NCBI GenBank assembly: GCA_951406725.2
Contig: OX597827.1
Span: forward strand, 10,850,001 to 10,914,000
Source: Octopus vulgaris
Lineage: Eukaryota
DNA length: 64,000 nt
Direction: 5' to 3'
The notes under the pieces are model-generated. The model was not told the DNA's origin, made no database searches, and saw nothing but the letters and a program-made list of their open reading frames with translations. The translations under genes were made by a program, and so were the position numbers. Every line of letters begins with the position of its first letter. Position 1 is the first letter of the stretch. Positions 26,387 to 38,820 of this stretch are shown in pieces.

Positions 26387-26622
26387 TATATATAGTTATA
26401 TATACACTCACACCCCTATTTATCCTTATCCTTATAACCGTCATTTTTCCCGCCTCTTTTCCATACCAACATAGGTCAAATAGTATTTTGTTGAGGCAAC
26501 TGTAACATCCAACATATGTTTTTATTCTCTTATTTCTCTTTATACTTCTTATATCTCTCCCTTTCCAAAATAACTTCTTATATTGAACTCTACTATTTCC
26601 CTCTATTTAACTCTCTCATATC

Positions 26623-26670
26623 GTCTCTGATGAAGAGATATCCTTAACATCCCTGAAACAGCTGTGAGAC
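26623..26670 (+). ncRNA. Degenerate minimal type-I hammerhead ribozyme motif (Penelope-like context inferred)
   Basis: GTCT-CTGATGA-AGAGAT-loop-ATCCCT-GAAA-CAGCTG-TG-AGAC: stem I, core, stem II and a palindromic stem III. The cleavage triplet is GUG, which is non-canonical. Confidence 0.6.
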
Positions 26671-26748
26671 TACCTTTCTCTTTATAGATGTCCTAGAAAT
26701 TTCACACTGCTTTGGTTTTGTTGTCTCGTTTTGTTTAACACAGACACA

Positions 26749-26782
<34 letters not shown>

Positions 26783-26914
26783 CATATAAGATCCTCATAC
26801 ACATACACACAGAAAAAACCCCAGAAGTGTTTTGTTGAGGATAGGGTTTAATTTGTCTAGTTGACATCAACAAAAGCAAGACATGTGGTGCTGAAGAATA
26901 AAATTTTTTAAAAT

Positions 26915-26949
<35 letters not shown>

Positions 26950-27301
26950 TCATGTGGGTATAAAATCAACCATGAATCATAAGTAGTAACCAAAGTCGAG
27001 GCATTAAAACTTATTCAGACACACATAAAGGCACACACGCAATTTCGTACACGCGCTAACGAAAACATTGCTAACTATTGATTCAAGGGAAGTAACTCTC
27101 CTTTGAACCACCTGAGATGATGACAAAACTGGTTAAAATACCAAACTTTATAAGTACAGGTAAGTACTGGTTTTGCTGTTTTACTAAAACTCTTCAGAGC
27201 GGTACTACAGTAGGAATGTAGTCGAATGACTGAAGTAAGAAACTGATAAAAATAAGGGATGTCGAGAAAGGAATCTGTTACAGTAATAATTTATTTGAAA
27301 T

Positions 27302-27926
27302 AAGGCGGCGAGCTGGCAGAAACGTTAGCACGCCGGTCGAAATGCTTAGCGGTATTTCGTCTGCCACCACGTTCTGTGTTCAAATTCCGCTGAGGTCGAC
27401 TTTGCCTTTCATCCTTTCGGGGTCGATAAATTATGTACCAGTTACGCACTGGAGTCGATGTAGTCGACTTAATACATATGTCTGTCCTTGTTTGTCCCCT
27501 CTGTGTTTAGCTCCTTGTGGGTAATAAAGAAATAGGTATTTCGTCTGGCGCAACGTTGTGAGTTCAAATTCCGCTGAGGTCGACTTTGCCTTTCATCCTT
27601 ACGGGGTCGATAAATTAAGTACCAGTTACGAACTGGGGTCGATGTAATCGACTTAATACCTATGTCTGTCCTTGTTTGTCCCCTCTGTGTTTAGCTCCTT
27701 GTGGGTAATAAAGAAATAGGTATTTCGTCTGGCGCAACGTTGTGAGTTCAAATTCCGCTGAGGTCGACTTTGCTTTTCATCCTTTCAGGGTCGATAAATT
27801 AAGTACCAGTTATGCACTGGGATAGATGTAGTTGACTTTGTCCATTTGTCTGTCCTTGTTTGTCCCCTCTGTGTTTAGCTCCTTGTGGGTAATAAAGAAA
27901 TAGGTATTTCGCCCGGCGTGCTAACG
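27302..27926 (+). mobile_element. SINE family B: one head plus three tandem 184-bp bodies
   Basis: Units start at GGTATTTCG at 27351, 27535 and 27719. The array ends with an inverted head fragment at 27903-27926. Confidence 0.9.
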
Positions 27927-28767
27927 ATCCCTTCTGTTTTAATTTAATCTAGATAAGAAATATAGCAGTTATTGATATCATAGCTATAGGCACAGACGTG
28001 GGGATTAAGAAGTTCATCTTCGCAAGTATGGTGTACTTATAGATTTATACTACATCGTTGATTCTTGGGCAAAAATGTTTTCAAAAGATAAAACTTGTTT
28101 CTCATTGGTCAATATTACTTTGAGTGGTATTTGATCACAAAACGGACAACAAGCCATCATTGCGCGCACTCACACACACACATATACGTGTATGTATATA
28201 TATACATATATACCCACATATGTGTATATATATATATATATACGCCTATGTATGCATATATGTTGTATGTATACACACACATACACGTGTATATATGTAC
28301 ACGTATGTGTGTGTGTGTGTATGTAGATATACATATACACCCACATATGTATATATATATATAACGTCTGTATGCATGGATATATGTATGTATACACACA
28401 CGCACGCACACACATACACTTGTATATATGTATACGTATGTCTATGTGTATGTATATATACATATGTACGTACGTATGTATGTATGTATGTATGTATGTA
28501 TATATGTAAACACATACACACGCACACACACACATATACACACACACGCATATGTACTGTGTGTCTATGATGTATGTGTCTACGTTTGTATATTGATGAG
28601 GAATGAACTAAAAACGATGTGACGACGTAAATAAAATGTATTTAGAATTAACTGACAGTTATCTCCCTTCACACCAAATTTGCCCAGCCTTTTATCATTT
28701 ACGTATTATATCCATTTTGGATTTAGTTTGCAAGATTCTTTATATGAGTTCGTGTGTTGAAGCATAT

Positions 28768-28951
28768 TCTGTTGTGTCTGGGGAGAGTCATTCTCTTTTA
28801 GTGCCTTATTATTTAACACACTAAAAAAAAAAAATAAATAAATAAATAAATGAAATAAAAAAGAAAAGAAAAAAAGAAGTGGAAATTTCACCGGTGAGTG
28901 TGTTAAATAATAAGGCACTAAAAGAGAATGACTCTCCCCAGACACAACAGA
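28768..28951. repeat. Perfect 55-bp inverted repeat around an A-rich spacer
   Basis: 28768-28822 versus 28897-28951. Confidence 0.9.
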
Positions 28952-29477
28952 GTATTATATTCAGTTATGTCAATTGAAGTCGATATAGTTATGCAGACCT
29001 CTTGAAGGCTGTACTCCAGTACAGCTACAGTCAATTAGTAGATGAAGAATGGAGTAAAAGAAGAGCATATGATATGTGTGTTCTGTAATAGAATAGTGAC
29101 CCTTTATAAAAGCCAAAATGCAGATGGTACTATTATGTACTATAACGTCCAGTTTTTTTGCACTGGGTTCAATACCTGAATGGATCAAATTTTATCTTTC
29201 TTTCTCTGAGGGTCGATAAAATAAAATGCTAGTCAAGTACTAGTGACAATGTTGTCAACTAATTCCTCCCCTTCGAAAAATAATGCCTTTGTGACTAAAT
29301 CAGAAAATATGTCCTATTTCGTAAATTAGTTGTATATGTGTGTCTGTGTGTCTGTGTTTGTTATCTATCCTCCACCACTTGACAACCAGCATTAAATTGT
29401 TAATGCCACTTCAACTTAGCAGTTCAGCAAAAGAGACTGACAAAATAAATACCAGTCCTTAAAGAAATGATGTATAA

Positions 29478-29888
29478 GTGGCTGTGTGGTAAGTAGCTTG
29501 CTTACCAACCACATGGTTCCGGGTTCAGTCCCACTGCGTGGCACCTTGGGCAAGTGTCTTCTACTATAGCCCCGGGCCGACCAAAGCCTTGTGAGTGGAT
29601 TTGGTAGACGGAAACTGAAAGAAGCCCGTCGTATATATGTATATATATGTATGTGTGTGTATATGTTTGTGTGTCTGTGTTTGTCCCCCCAGCATCGCTT
29701 GACAACCGATGCTGGTGTGTTTACATCCCTGTAACTTAGCGGTTCAGCAAAACAGACTGATAGAATAAGTACTAGGCTTACAAAGAATAAGTCCTGGGAT
29801 CGAATTCCTCGACTAATAACGGTGCTCCAGCATGGCCACAGTCACATGACTGAAACAAGTAAAAGAGAGTAAAAGAGAGTAAAGAGTT
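29478..29888 (+). mobile_element. SINE family A
   Basis: Colinear match to 3779-4216. Confidence 0.85.
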
Positions 29889-30109
29889 ACAAGGGGCAAA
29901 TTGGTTCTTTTAAAACCCTTCAAAGCAGTGCTCCAGCAAGGCCAAAGTCCAAAGAAATGAAACAAGTAAACGACCAGCAATTAAATCATGACCGATTTCT
30001 ATTCGTATGTTGTTCTTGCTATTGATGTTTCAAACCCCAAATAAACTTTAATTCAGTAAACTTGTGTTCCAAAGTTTTCTAACCATTTAAAAGAACCATA
30101 TTTAGTGTA

Positions 30110-30714
30110 GGATCTTTTCCTTTTGAACGGCAGTTTTCAACACAATTTCTAGTTAACTAAACACTTTTAAACTTCGTATACTGGTAGAATGCGTCAAAAT
30201 AAAACATTTTTTTCTCTTGGCTTTCTTGAGAAAATTGTAATTTGTAAGTTTAACATAGTTTAATTTTTCGAATTTTAACCTATCCTATGCCCTCTATTTG
30301 CTGCATCTAAAACAGACAACATCCTGTCACTAACCCCAACTCTAACCCTAACCCTAAATTTTAGCCTTTCGTTTTTGTTTTCTTAATTGTTATCCTTAAA
30401 TTAATTTAACAATTAAGAAAAAAAAAAAAAAAAAAAATGAAAAGCTAAAATTTAGGGTTAGGGTGAGGATTAGGGTTAGTGATAGGAAGTTGTCTGTTTT
30501 AGATGCAGCAAATGATTTTAGCTCAAAAGAGGGCATAGGATTGGTTAAAATTCGAAAAATTAAACTACGTTAAACTTACAAATTACAATTTTCTCAAGAA
30601 AGCCAAGAGAAAAAAAATGTTTTATTTTGACACATTCTACCAGTATACAAAGTTTAAAAGTGTTTAGTTAACTAGAAATTGTGTTGAAAGGTGCCATTCA
30701 AAAGGAAAAGATCC
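30110..30714. mobile_element. 605-bp foldback (palindromic) relative of the GGATC MITE
   Basis: The two ~280-bp arms are reverse complements of each other and resemble the left half of 33403-33829. TSD TTAGTGTA/TTAGTGTG. Confidence 0.85.
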
Positions 30715-30971
30715 TTAGTGTGTGCTCTTTAGTTTAAGATGGTAGAGCTTTATATAAGGGATATTTAGTTGCTATTTCTATCAGCCTGAGCAATGAAGTC
30801 GAAGCAGTATTTGTCAAGTAAATTTGTCTCACCGTTTTTAATTGGTGTATCAATGTCGAGGAAGGTTCTTGCAGAAAAACAGGGATTAATCTCTTAGTCT
30901 TCTGCATCTGAAACAGAGTAAAAATAATCAGACTTAATTAATATGTTTTATTTTATTATTTTATATAATTA

Positions 30972-31356
30972 CTAGCAGTATCGCCCGGCGTTGCTCGGGT
31001 TTGTAAGGGAAATAACTATATAAGCATTTTTAGAGAGTTATAGCCAAAAAATAGCAAAAAAATGCATTAAAGATGGAAAAAAAAATGATGGTAAATTTTT
31101 TTTTAAATCGTTGACTCATCGTAGACATTTTTAGAGAGTTACTTCCTGTATATAATAGTGAAAAAATGCATTAAAATGGAGAAAAATGATGGTAAATTTT
31201 CTTTTAAATCATAGACTCATCGTAGCCAGAAGGGCTCGATATGAATCACGACTATAAGATACCCAGTTTTGGTTAAACTGCACCGCAAAATGTGGGAGTA
31301 GTTAGGAATCTAAATCGTAGGAGACAGACACACAACCTCTCTTTTATATATAAAGA
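30972..31356 (-). mobile_element. Non-autonomous Helitron
   Basis: 5' TCTTTATATATAAAA; 3' CCCGAGCAACGCCGGG hairpin then CTAG; A|T insertion site. Near-identical to 38294-38679. Confidence 0.85.
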
Positions 31357-31801
31357 TGTACTCTCACAAACACACATGCATCAGTATATATATTCATATG
31401 TATAATAATAAAGAGTAAAATTAATTAATCAATTCATAATTAATAATTTTATCAAGTAATTCGGTATGTCAAACAAACCAATATCAGTAACTTTATACAA
31501 GAATTCTATAATTAGTAAGCATAATTGCTTCACCATATAACGGAATTTCTAAGGTATTCAGCTCATGATTGTAAGGTCATGAGTTCAATTCCTAGTGAGA
31601 CAAAACATCTTATGGTAGTGGAATATTATTTAACTGCTATTTCTAAATTTCGTGCGTTAGTGTGTCGTTGTGTTTCTTGAAACTTTTGTGTAATGACAAT
31701 GTTGCTTCAACAAACCCTTGCACACCCGCACAAAAATTACTACTAAATGTCCTGTTTGACCTGATAGTCTCCCCTTATACATAGCCACTTTATATATACT
31801 A

Positions 31802-32593
31802 CTAGCAGAGATACCCGGCGTTGCCTGATTACATTCAATTGAAGAATTAGATTTTTCTGTTATATATATGGATACACACACACACATATATATATATTAA
31901 TATAAATACATGAAAGTACATGAAGTTTGTTAAATTAAAAAGGGGATCATGTATATACTTCCTGGCTGTTGAGATTATAACACCTCGTTGTAAACAATGT
32001 TCCTTGTTTTTCCTTGTGGAGCATATACAAAAAGGTTTCTTTTGGTTCCTACTCTTGAGCAGCCAACATACAGTTGCCCATGCGAGAAGCAGGGCTCTTC
32101 CAAGAGAAGACCAGCTACAGAGAGCTCTCATGTTAGAATTTTATACGAATTGCTAATACACACACACATATAATAAGGGTGAAAAATTGAACATTAATTT
32201 GATTAATATGAATTGAAAACCAGTGGTGTAGCATATAAGACCATAGCAGATCTTCTTCTAGCAAAATGGATGACCATTGTTAATGGTTCATCCCTGTTAT
32301 ATAATACTTTCACTTTAATAGTTTCAGTATTAAAGTGAAAGTAACTGACATTACAATAGAGAGATGTTTTTGTTTCACTTTTAACACGTAATACTGAAAT
32401 AGTGGAGAAGATATGATATTGCTGTGGGGTCGCCCTAGGCAAAAAGTTAAAATATTTTTGCCGATGACACTCCCTGGACCTTAGGTAAGGCATGTGTAAA
32501 ATTTGAATGAAATTGGTTGTGTAGTTCTCAAGTTTTAGGGAAACACACAGACAGACTGACAGACACACATTCTCAGTTTTATATATATAGAGA
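31802..32593 (-). mobile_element. Helitron deletion derivative retaining the helicase C-terminus
   Basis: 5' TC and 3' CTAG termini at an A|T site, with a subterminal hairpin remnant (GCAACGCCGGG). Internal 31975-32124 encodes LSVAGLLLEEPCFSHGQLYVGCSRV...TRNIVYNEVL*. Confidence 0.88.
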
Positions 32594-32838
32594 TTGATAC
32601 ATGACGTCGCTTAGCCCAGTCTCCTTAGTGTTTACAGCTTCTCTCACCTGCACACCCACACAGCTAATACTTTTAACTGACCCGAGTCTGCCTCGATTAT
32701 CTCCCCTTATATATAGTAATCTTACACTGTCGTCTGCAAAATTTATTTTCTTCTCATTTATGTCTCATCAAAGAGATTCGCTTATAAAAGATATAATTAC
32801 AACTGTATAGCGAAATTAATTGAGTTGAAAGGTAGAAT

Positions 32839-33049
32839 CTCTTTACTCTCTTTACTCCCTTTTACTTGTTTCAGTCATTTGACTGCGGCCATGCTGGAGC
32901 ACCGCCTTTAGTCGAGCAAATCGACCCCGGGACTTATTCTTTGTAAGCCCAGTACTTATTCTATCGGTCTCTTTTGCCGAACCGCTAAGTGACAGAGACA
33001 TCAACACACAAGCATCGGTTGTCAAGCAATGCTAGGGAGACAAACACAG

Positions 33050-33090
<41 letters not shown>

Positions 33091-33263
33091 CATATATACG
33101 ACAGGCTTCTTTCAGTTTCCGTCTACCAAATCCACTCACAAGGCATTGGTCGGCCCGGGGCTATAGCAGAAGACACTTGCCCAAGATGCCACGCAGTGGG
33201 ACTGAACCCGGAACCATGTGGTTGGTTAGAAAGCTACTTACCACACAGCCACTCCTGCGCCTA
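32839..33263 (-). mobile_element. SINE family A
   Basis: Reverse complement of 3779-4216. Confidence 0.85.
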
Positions 33264-33402
33264 TGAACAAAATCACGTAAGTGTTATCTAATTCAAGGTT
33301 TGATTGATTTCATGCAGTCTCCAATTAAAGGCATTTCAACTGTGACCATCCCAAATTATAATGAACCATACTGTTTTCAAGACCAAATTATCAAATGTTA
33401 CC

Positions 33403-33829
33403 GGATCTTTTCGGTTTGAACGGCAGTTTTTTTAAGATAATTTCCACGTAACTAAACACTTTTAAACTTCGTATACTGGTAGTATGTGTTTATAAAACAT
33501 CTTTTTCTCTTGGCTTTATTGAGAAAATTCTATAGCTTGTAAGATATTTGTTGGTTTTTTATTTTCTTCAATTTCTGCAATTTCAACCAATCAATGACGT
33601 CTATTGAGGTAAAAAAAAAAACATTCTGTGCCGTATGAATATGTCCCTCGTTTAAGAAACAGATTGGGTTTATTTACATTTGTGAAGAAAAAAGATACCC
33701 TTCCCCCACCCCTAACCCTAACCCTAAAACAGATTGAAATGCAATAGATCGATACTAGGGTCATAATTATGGGTGACAATTTCATATGACACCGCTAGAA
33801 AAAAACTGCCATTCAAACCGGAAAAATCT
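33403..33829. mobile_element. MITE with GGATC termini, 8-bp TSD and internal (CCCTAA)n
   Basis: About 30-bp TIRs (GGATCTTTTCGGTTTGAACGGCAGTTTTTT). TSD ATGTTACC at 33395-33402 and 33830-33837. Confidence 0.85.
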
Positions 33830-34123
33830 ATGTTACCTTCAATCCTATGTACGCTGTTTATATTAGTCGGGACTGGTGTCCTCATCTTGATTGTTGCTTT
33901 CACTGTGTTTTGGCTATTGAATGCTCCATGCAGTGCAGTCACCTAAATGTTTTGTGTTTATTATAAAGCAAGGCACTTAAGTGAACCACACAAAAAAAAA
34001 AAAATCAACTGGAGCGAGAAAAAATAATGTCACATAATACAATGAGTGAAACGAGAACAGTGTATCCCATGAATCATGGAAAGGGTTAGGTTTAAAATTC
34101 TAACCGACCAAGTCCAACACAAG

Positions 34124-34167
34124 ACACCTGAAGAAGGCTGGAGTATGCAACAGCCAAAATGTAGTGT
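34124..34167 (+). ncRNA. Decayed minimal hammerhead motif
   Basis: ACAC-CTGAAGA-A-GGCTG-loop-CAGCC-AAAATGTA-GTGT. AAAATGTA derives from GAAACGTA by two CpG transitions. Confidence 0.45.
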
Positions 34168-34255
34168 GAGGAATAATCAAGGTGAGGACACCATCCAGCT
34201 AATATATAAAGATTATATATATAATATGAATTCCTCTTCTCAGAAAAATAGAATT

Positions 34256-34473
34256 ACTTTACTCTTTTACTTGTTTCAGTCATTTGACTGCTGCCATGCT
34301 GGAGCACCGCCTTTAATCGAGCAACTTGACCCCGGGACTTATTCTTTTGTAAGCCCAGTACTTATTCTATCGGTCTTTTTTGCCGAACCGCTAAGTGATG
34401 GGGACGTAAACACACCAGCATCGGTTGTCAAGCAATGCTAGGGGAACAAACACAGACACACAAACAAACACAC

Positions 34474-34506
<33 letters not shown>

Positions 34507-34670
34507 CGACGGGCTTCTTTCAGTTTCCGTCTACCAACACCACTCACAAGGCTTTGGTCGGCCCGAGGCAATAGTAGAAAACACTTTCCCAAGGTGCCGC
34601 ACAGTGGGACTGAACCCGAAACCATGTGGTTGGTTAGCAAGCTACTTACCACACAGCCACTCCTGCACCT
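34256..34670 (-). mobile_element. SINE family A
   Basis: Reverse complement of the family consensus. Confidence 0.85.
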
Positions 34671-35099
34671 TTACCTCTTGTTTTTTGTTTTTTTTTGTTT
34701 CTAAGTCTATCATTATAATCATTGTCGTCATCATCATCATTGCTAAATGTCTTTTTCCTCCATGTTTGCCTATGTCGAGGCAAAATCCATTGCCATTGGA
34801 TTTTTACGGCAGGACATTCCTCCTCTTACCAACACTCACATGTTTTCAAGTAAGGTGATATTTTTCCCCTAGTCCAGTCATGTTTACACTAAAAGTCACA
34901 AACAAATAATGTCGCTTGTATGAGAGAGGCATGTATTTCAACTAGCATGCAACAATAACAACAACACAAGGAGACACACACGCACAACACATGAAAATAC
35001 ACTCACACACAAACATAAACACAAATACATACCCCACTCTCTTTCTCTTTCTTTCCTTCTCTCTCTCTTTCTCTGTATATATATATATATATATTACAA

Positions 35100-35522
35100 C
35101 GCCGCCCCGACTGGCCTCCATGCCGGTGGCACGTAAAAGCACCATCCGTTCGTGTCCGTTACCAGCCTCGCCTGGCCCCCGTGCTGGTGGCACGTAGCAC
35201 CTTCCATTCGTGGCCGTTGCCAGCCTCGCCTGGCCGTTGCCAGCCTCGCCTAGCCCCCTTGCCGGTGGCACATAAAAGCACCATCTGTCCGTGGCCGTTT
35301 GCCAGCTCCGTCTGGCACCTGTGCAGGTGGCACGTAAATAGCACCCACTACACTCACGGAGTGGTAAGTGTTAGGAAGGGCATCCAGCCGTAGAAACACT
35401 GCCAGATCAGACTGGAGCCTGATGCAGCCTTCTGGCTTCCCAGACCCCAGTTGAACCGTCCAACCCATGCTAGCATGGAAAGCGGACGTTAAATGATGAT
35501 GATGATGATGATGATGATGATT
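35100..35522 (+). mobile_element. Retroposon family D
   Basis: Four subrepeats, the 3' block and (GAT)n. Confidence 0.8.
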
Positions 35523-35686
35523 ACATCATATGTAAACAAATTTAAGTTTGGTTTTGAAGCACTGAAATGTATTGTTGTACATGTAGAAAGATATATTTTA
35601 AATGTTGAAAAAATATAACTTTCTACTTGTGCCACAATATATATATCTATATATATATATATATTTGTATATATATCTATATATAG

Positions 35687-35734
<48 letters not shown>

Positions 35735-36211
35735 TGGTCTCAGATTTTGGCACCAGGCCAGCAATTTTGGGGTAGAGAGTAAGTCGATTACTTCAACTCC
35801 AGTACTCGAATTGTAATTATTTTATCAACCTTGAAAGGATGAATGGCAACGTCGACTCCCATGGAATTTGAACTCAGTGTAATGATAGACAAAATACTGC
35901 TAAGCATTTCGCCCGGCGTGCTAACGATTCTGCCACTAAGCATTTTGCTTGGTATGTTAACGATTATGCCAGCTCACTGCCTTAGGTTGTCCACATATAA
36001 TTGGTGATGAGATAAAGTTGTGTAGCCCATTCTGTTAGTGATTCTCAATAGGAATGCTATTTGATTTTAAGAACAATTCTTTTTTATCTACTCCAATAAA
36101 AATATGATTTTTATATATTTAATTTTTGGTTTCATGGCTAATATTTCTGTGATGACAGGGATATTATATTTTTGTTAATAACTCTAAGAAAGGAGGAAAC
36201 ATCTCAATAAA

Positions 36212-36622
36212 TATTCTTTTTAACTCTAGGCACAAGGCCCAAAATTTTTGGGGAGGGAGCTAGTTGATTAGATTGACCCTAGTATGCAACTGGTACTTAA
36301 TTTATCGACCCACCCCACCCCAAAGGATGAAGGGCAAAATCGACCTTGGGGGAATTTGAACTCAGAACATAAAGACAGATGAAATACCTATTTCTTTTAC
36401 TACCCACAAGGGGCTAAACACAGAGAGGACAAACAAGAACAGACAAACGGATTAAGTCGATTATATCAACCCCAGTGAGTAACTGGTACTTATTTAATTG
36501 ACCCCAAAAGGATGAAAAGCAACGTCGACCTCAGCGGAATTTGAACTCAGAACGTAAAGACAGATGAAATACCACTAAGCATTTCGCCTGGCATACTAGC
36601 ATTTCTGCCAGCTCTCCGCCTT
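36212..36622 (-). mobile_element. SINE family B dimer (two bodies with different tails)
   Basis: Junction AAAGAAATA|GGTATTTC at about 36384-36397. An older copy is adjacent at 35740-35985. Confidence 0.8.
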
Positions 36623-37358
36623 TGATAAAATAGATATTGTTTATTAATTAATATTATCTTTGGCTCCCTTTTTGAATTCAATACATTGATAACCAATAGG
36701 CATACTTATAAAATCAAAAAAAGCCAAAAAACACAACTGTAATTTTCTAAAGTAATTTTTTACACTCAGAATTCTTGAAGCATAATGAATTCCACAAATT
36801 GGTTAATAGCTTTTGGGTCACTACTGTATTCTTTAAAAATTCCACATTTCTCGAAGTTCACCTACACTATTCCCGATGTACTTAATCACCCTTATTTCTT
36901 TATGGCTATTCTTTCAGTTCACATATCCTTCCTTTTGTATTTTATTCTGTGAGTCATGCATGCACTTCTAGATTTTGTTTTCTCTCTTTCTTTTCTTGAT
37001 TTATTGTCTCTCTCTCTCTCTCTCTCTGTCCCTTCCTTTACTGTTTTCTGATGAGCTGTTGTGCACCTGAGTACTATATAGAATAAGCTCTCATTAACAT
37101 TCATATTTAGAAAAACTTTACCTACTTAACTATTCTCTATCAGGGGAGTGGTACCTGAAATTGTTTAATAATTCAAAAATTTTCTCTCTTTACCATCAAT
37201 TACATAATACTTCTTTGAATTAGCTTAAGAGATTCAGTCACTCACTTCACAACTTAGAGTATAATATTACTGCCACTAAAAACACCAAGCAAGGATGAAA
37301 AATCCAGAGTTATCTCCCGTAGCTGCTCGTGAAGAAAGAGAAAAATTATATTAGCTGC

Positions 37359-37583
37359 GGGCTGGCAGAAACGTTAGCACGCCGGGTGAAATGCGTAGCC
37401 GTATTTCGTCTACCGTTACGTTGTGAGTTCAAATTCCGCCGAGGTCGACTTTGCCTTTCATCCTTTCAGGGTCGATAAATTAAGTACCAGTTACGCACTG
37501 GGGTCGATGTAATCGACTTAATCCGTTCATCTGTCCTTGTTTGTCCCCTCTATGTTTAGCCCCTTGTGGGCAACAAAGAAATA
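37359..37583 (+). mobile_element. SINE family B monomer
   Basis: TSD TATATTAGCTGC at 37347-37358 and 37584-37595. Confidence 0.85.
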
Positions 37584-38293
37584 TATATTAGCTGCTAGCT
37601 AAAATTTTAATTTTTTACAACATAATTTGATTATAATTTGGCTCCATTCTAATTGGAATATTTAGAAATTATTTAACTGACTTTGTTCTCTATACCATCA
37701 GAAATACAACAGCATAACCTAAATACACCACCCTCATTTTAGAGTGGACTATAAAAGAGGTTTAATTTACTTGGCAATCCACCCTTTTACTGTGCAAAAT
37801 ATGATTATATAACTATTGAAAAGTCATTTTTGGTAATATTGTGTTTTTGAAACAATGAGGCCCCTGGATTTCAGCCTTATTTGTTGAAAAGTCCTATCTA
37901 ATTACCCATAATTCTTTCTAATCCCACTTTCATCTTACGTAAGGAGTTGGCGACAAATATCTTTTGTACACCGCACGGTTGCTCCTAACAAAATAAGAAG
38001 CGAAATACATGACATATAAAATACAGTGCCGAAAGATATAATGAAGGAAGACATGTGCCTTTCTTATAAAGGTTCTAAGCAAAAGACAGTATGGAGAGGT
38101 GATCAGTTCTTATTCCTGAGAATTATGTAGCTCTGGAGCTCATTCACAGCCGGTTTCTCTTCTGTGCAAGGACTTTTGAAACACAAACCTCATTAACAAT
38201 TGGATTAAAATAAAATGAAATAATCTGGAGAGATTTGGAATGGTCTGTAACGTGTGATCATGGAAAGAGTTCTCATTAGTCATATATCTTTAA

Positions 38294-38679
38294 CTAGCAG
38301 TATCGCCCGGCGTTGCTCGGGTTTGTAAGGGAAATAACTATATAAGCATTTTTAGAGAGTTATAGCAAAAAAATGCATTAAAAATGGAAAAAAAATGATG
38401 GTAAATTTTTTTTAAATCGTTGACTCATCGCGGACATTTTTAAAGAGTTACTTCCCTTATATAATAGCGAAAAAATGCATTAAAATGGAAAAAAAGGATG
38501 GTAAATTTTTTTTTAAATCGTAGACTCATCGTAGACGCGCGCTAATACCCAGAAGGGCTCGATATGAATCACGACTATAAGATACCCGGTTTTGGTTAAA
38601 CTGCACCACAAAATGTGGGAGTAGTTAGGAATCTAAATCGTAGGAGACAGACACACAACTTCACTTTTATATATAAAGA
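38294..38679 (-). mobile_element. Non-autonomous Helitron (same family as 30972-31356)
   Basis: Same termini, same hairpin and same internal duplicated AT-rich blocks. Confidence 0.85.
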
Positions 38680-38820
38680 TTGTACGTACAAGACCGAAAA
38701 AGATATTTTGTGAAACACTGGCAATTGCTCATGCAAACGAGTTCCTCTTTTCCATGTCACTGATGTTATTCAAGTGAAAGGCCATTGCTTAAGGGCCACT
38801 AGAGTATTGCCTCAACATCA

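Noticed and set aside
27157-27165. Perfect plus-strand donor CAG|GTAAGT suggesting an antisense transcript
   Set aside because: About one such 9-mer is expected by chance in a window this size, and there is no supporting exon evidence.
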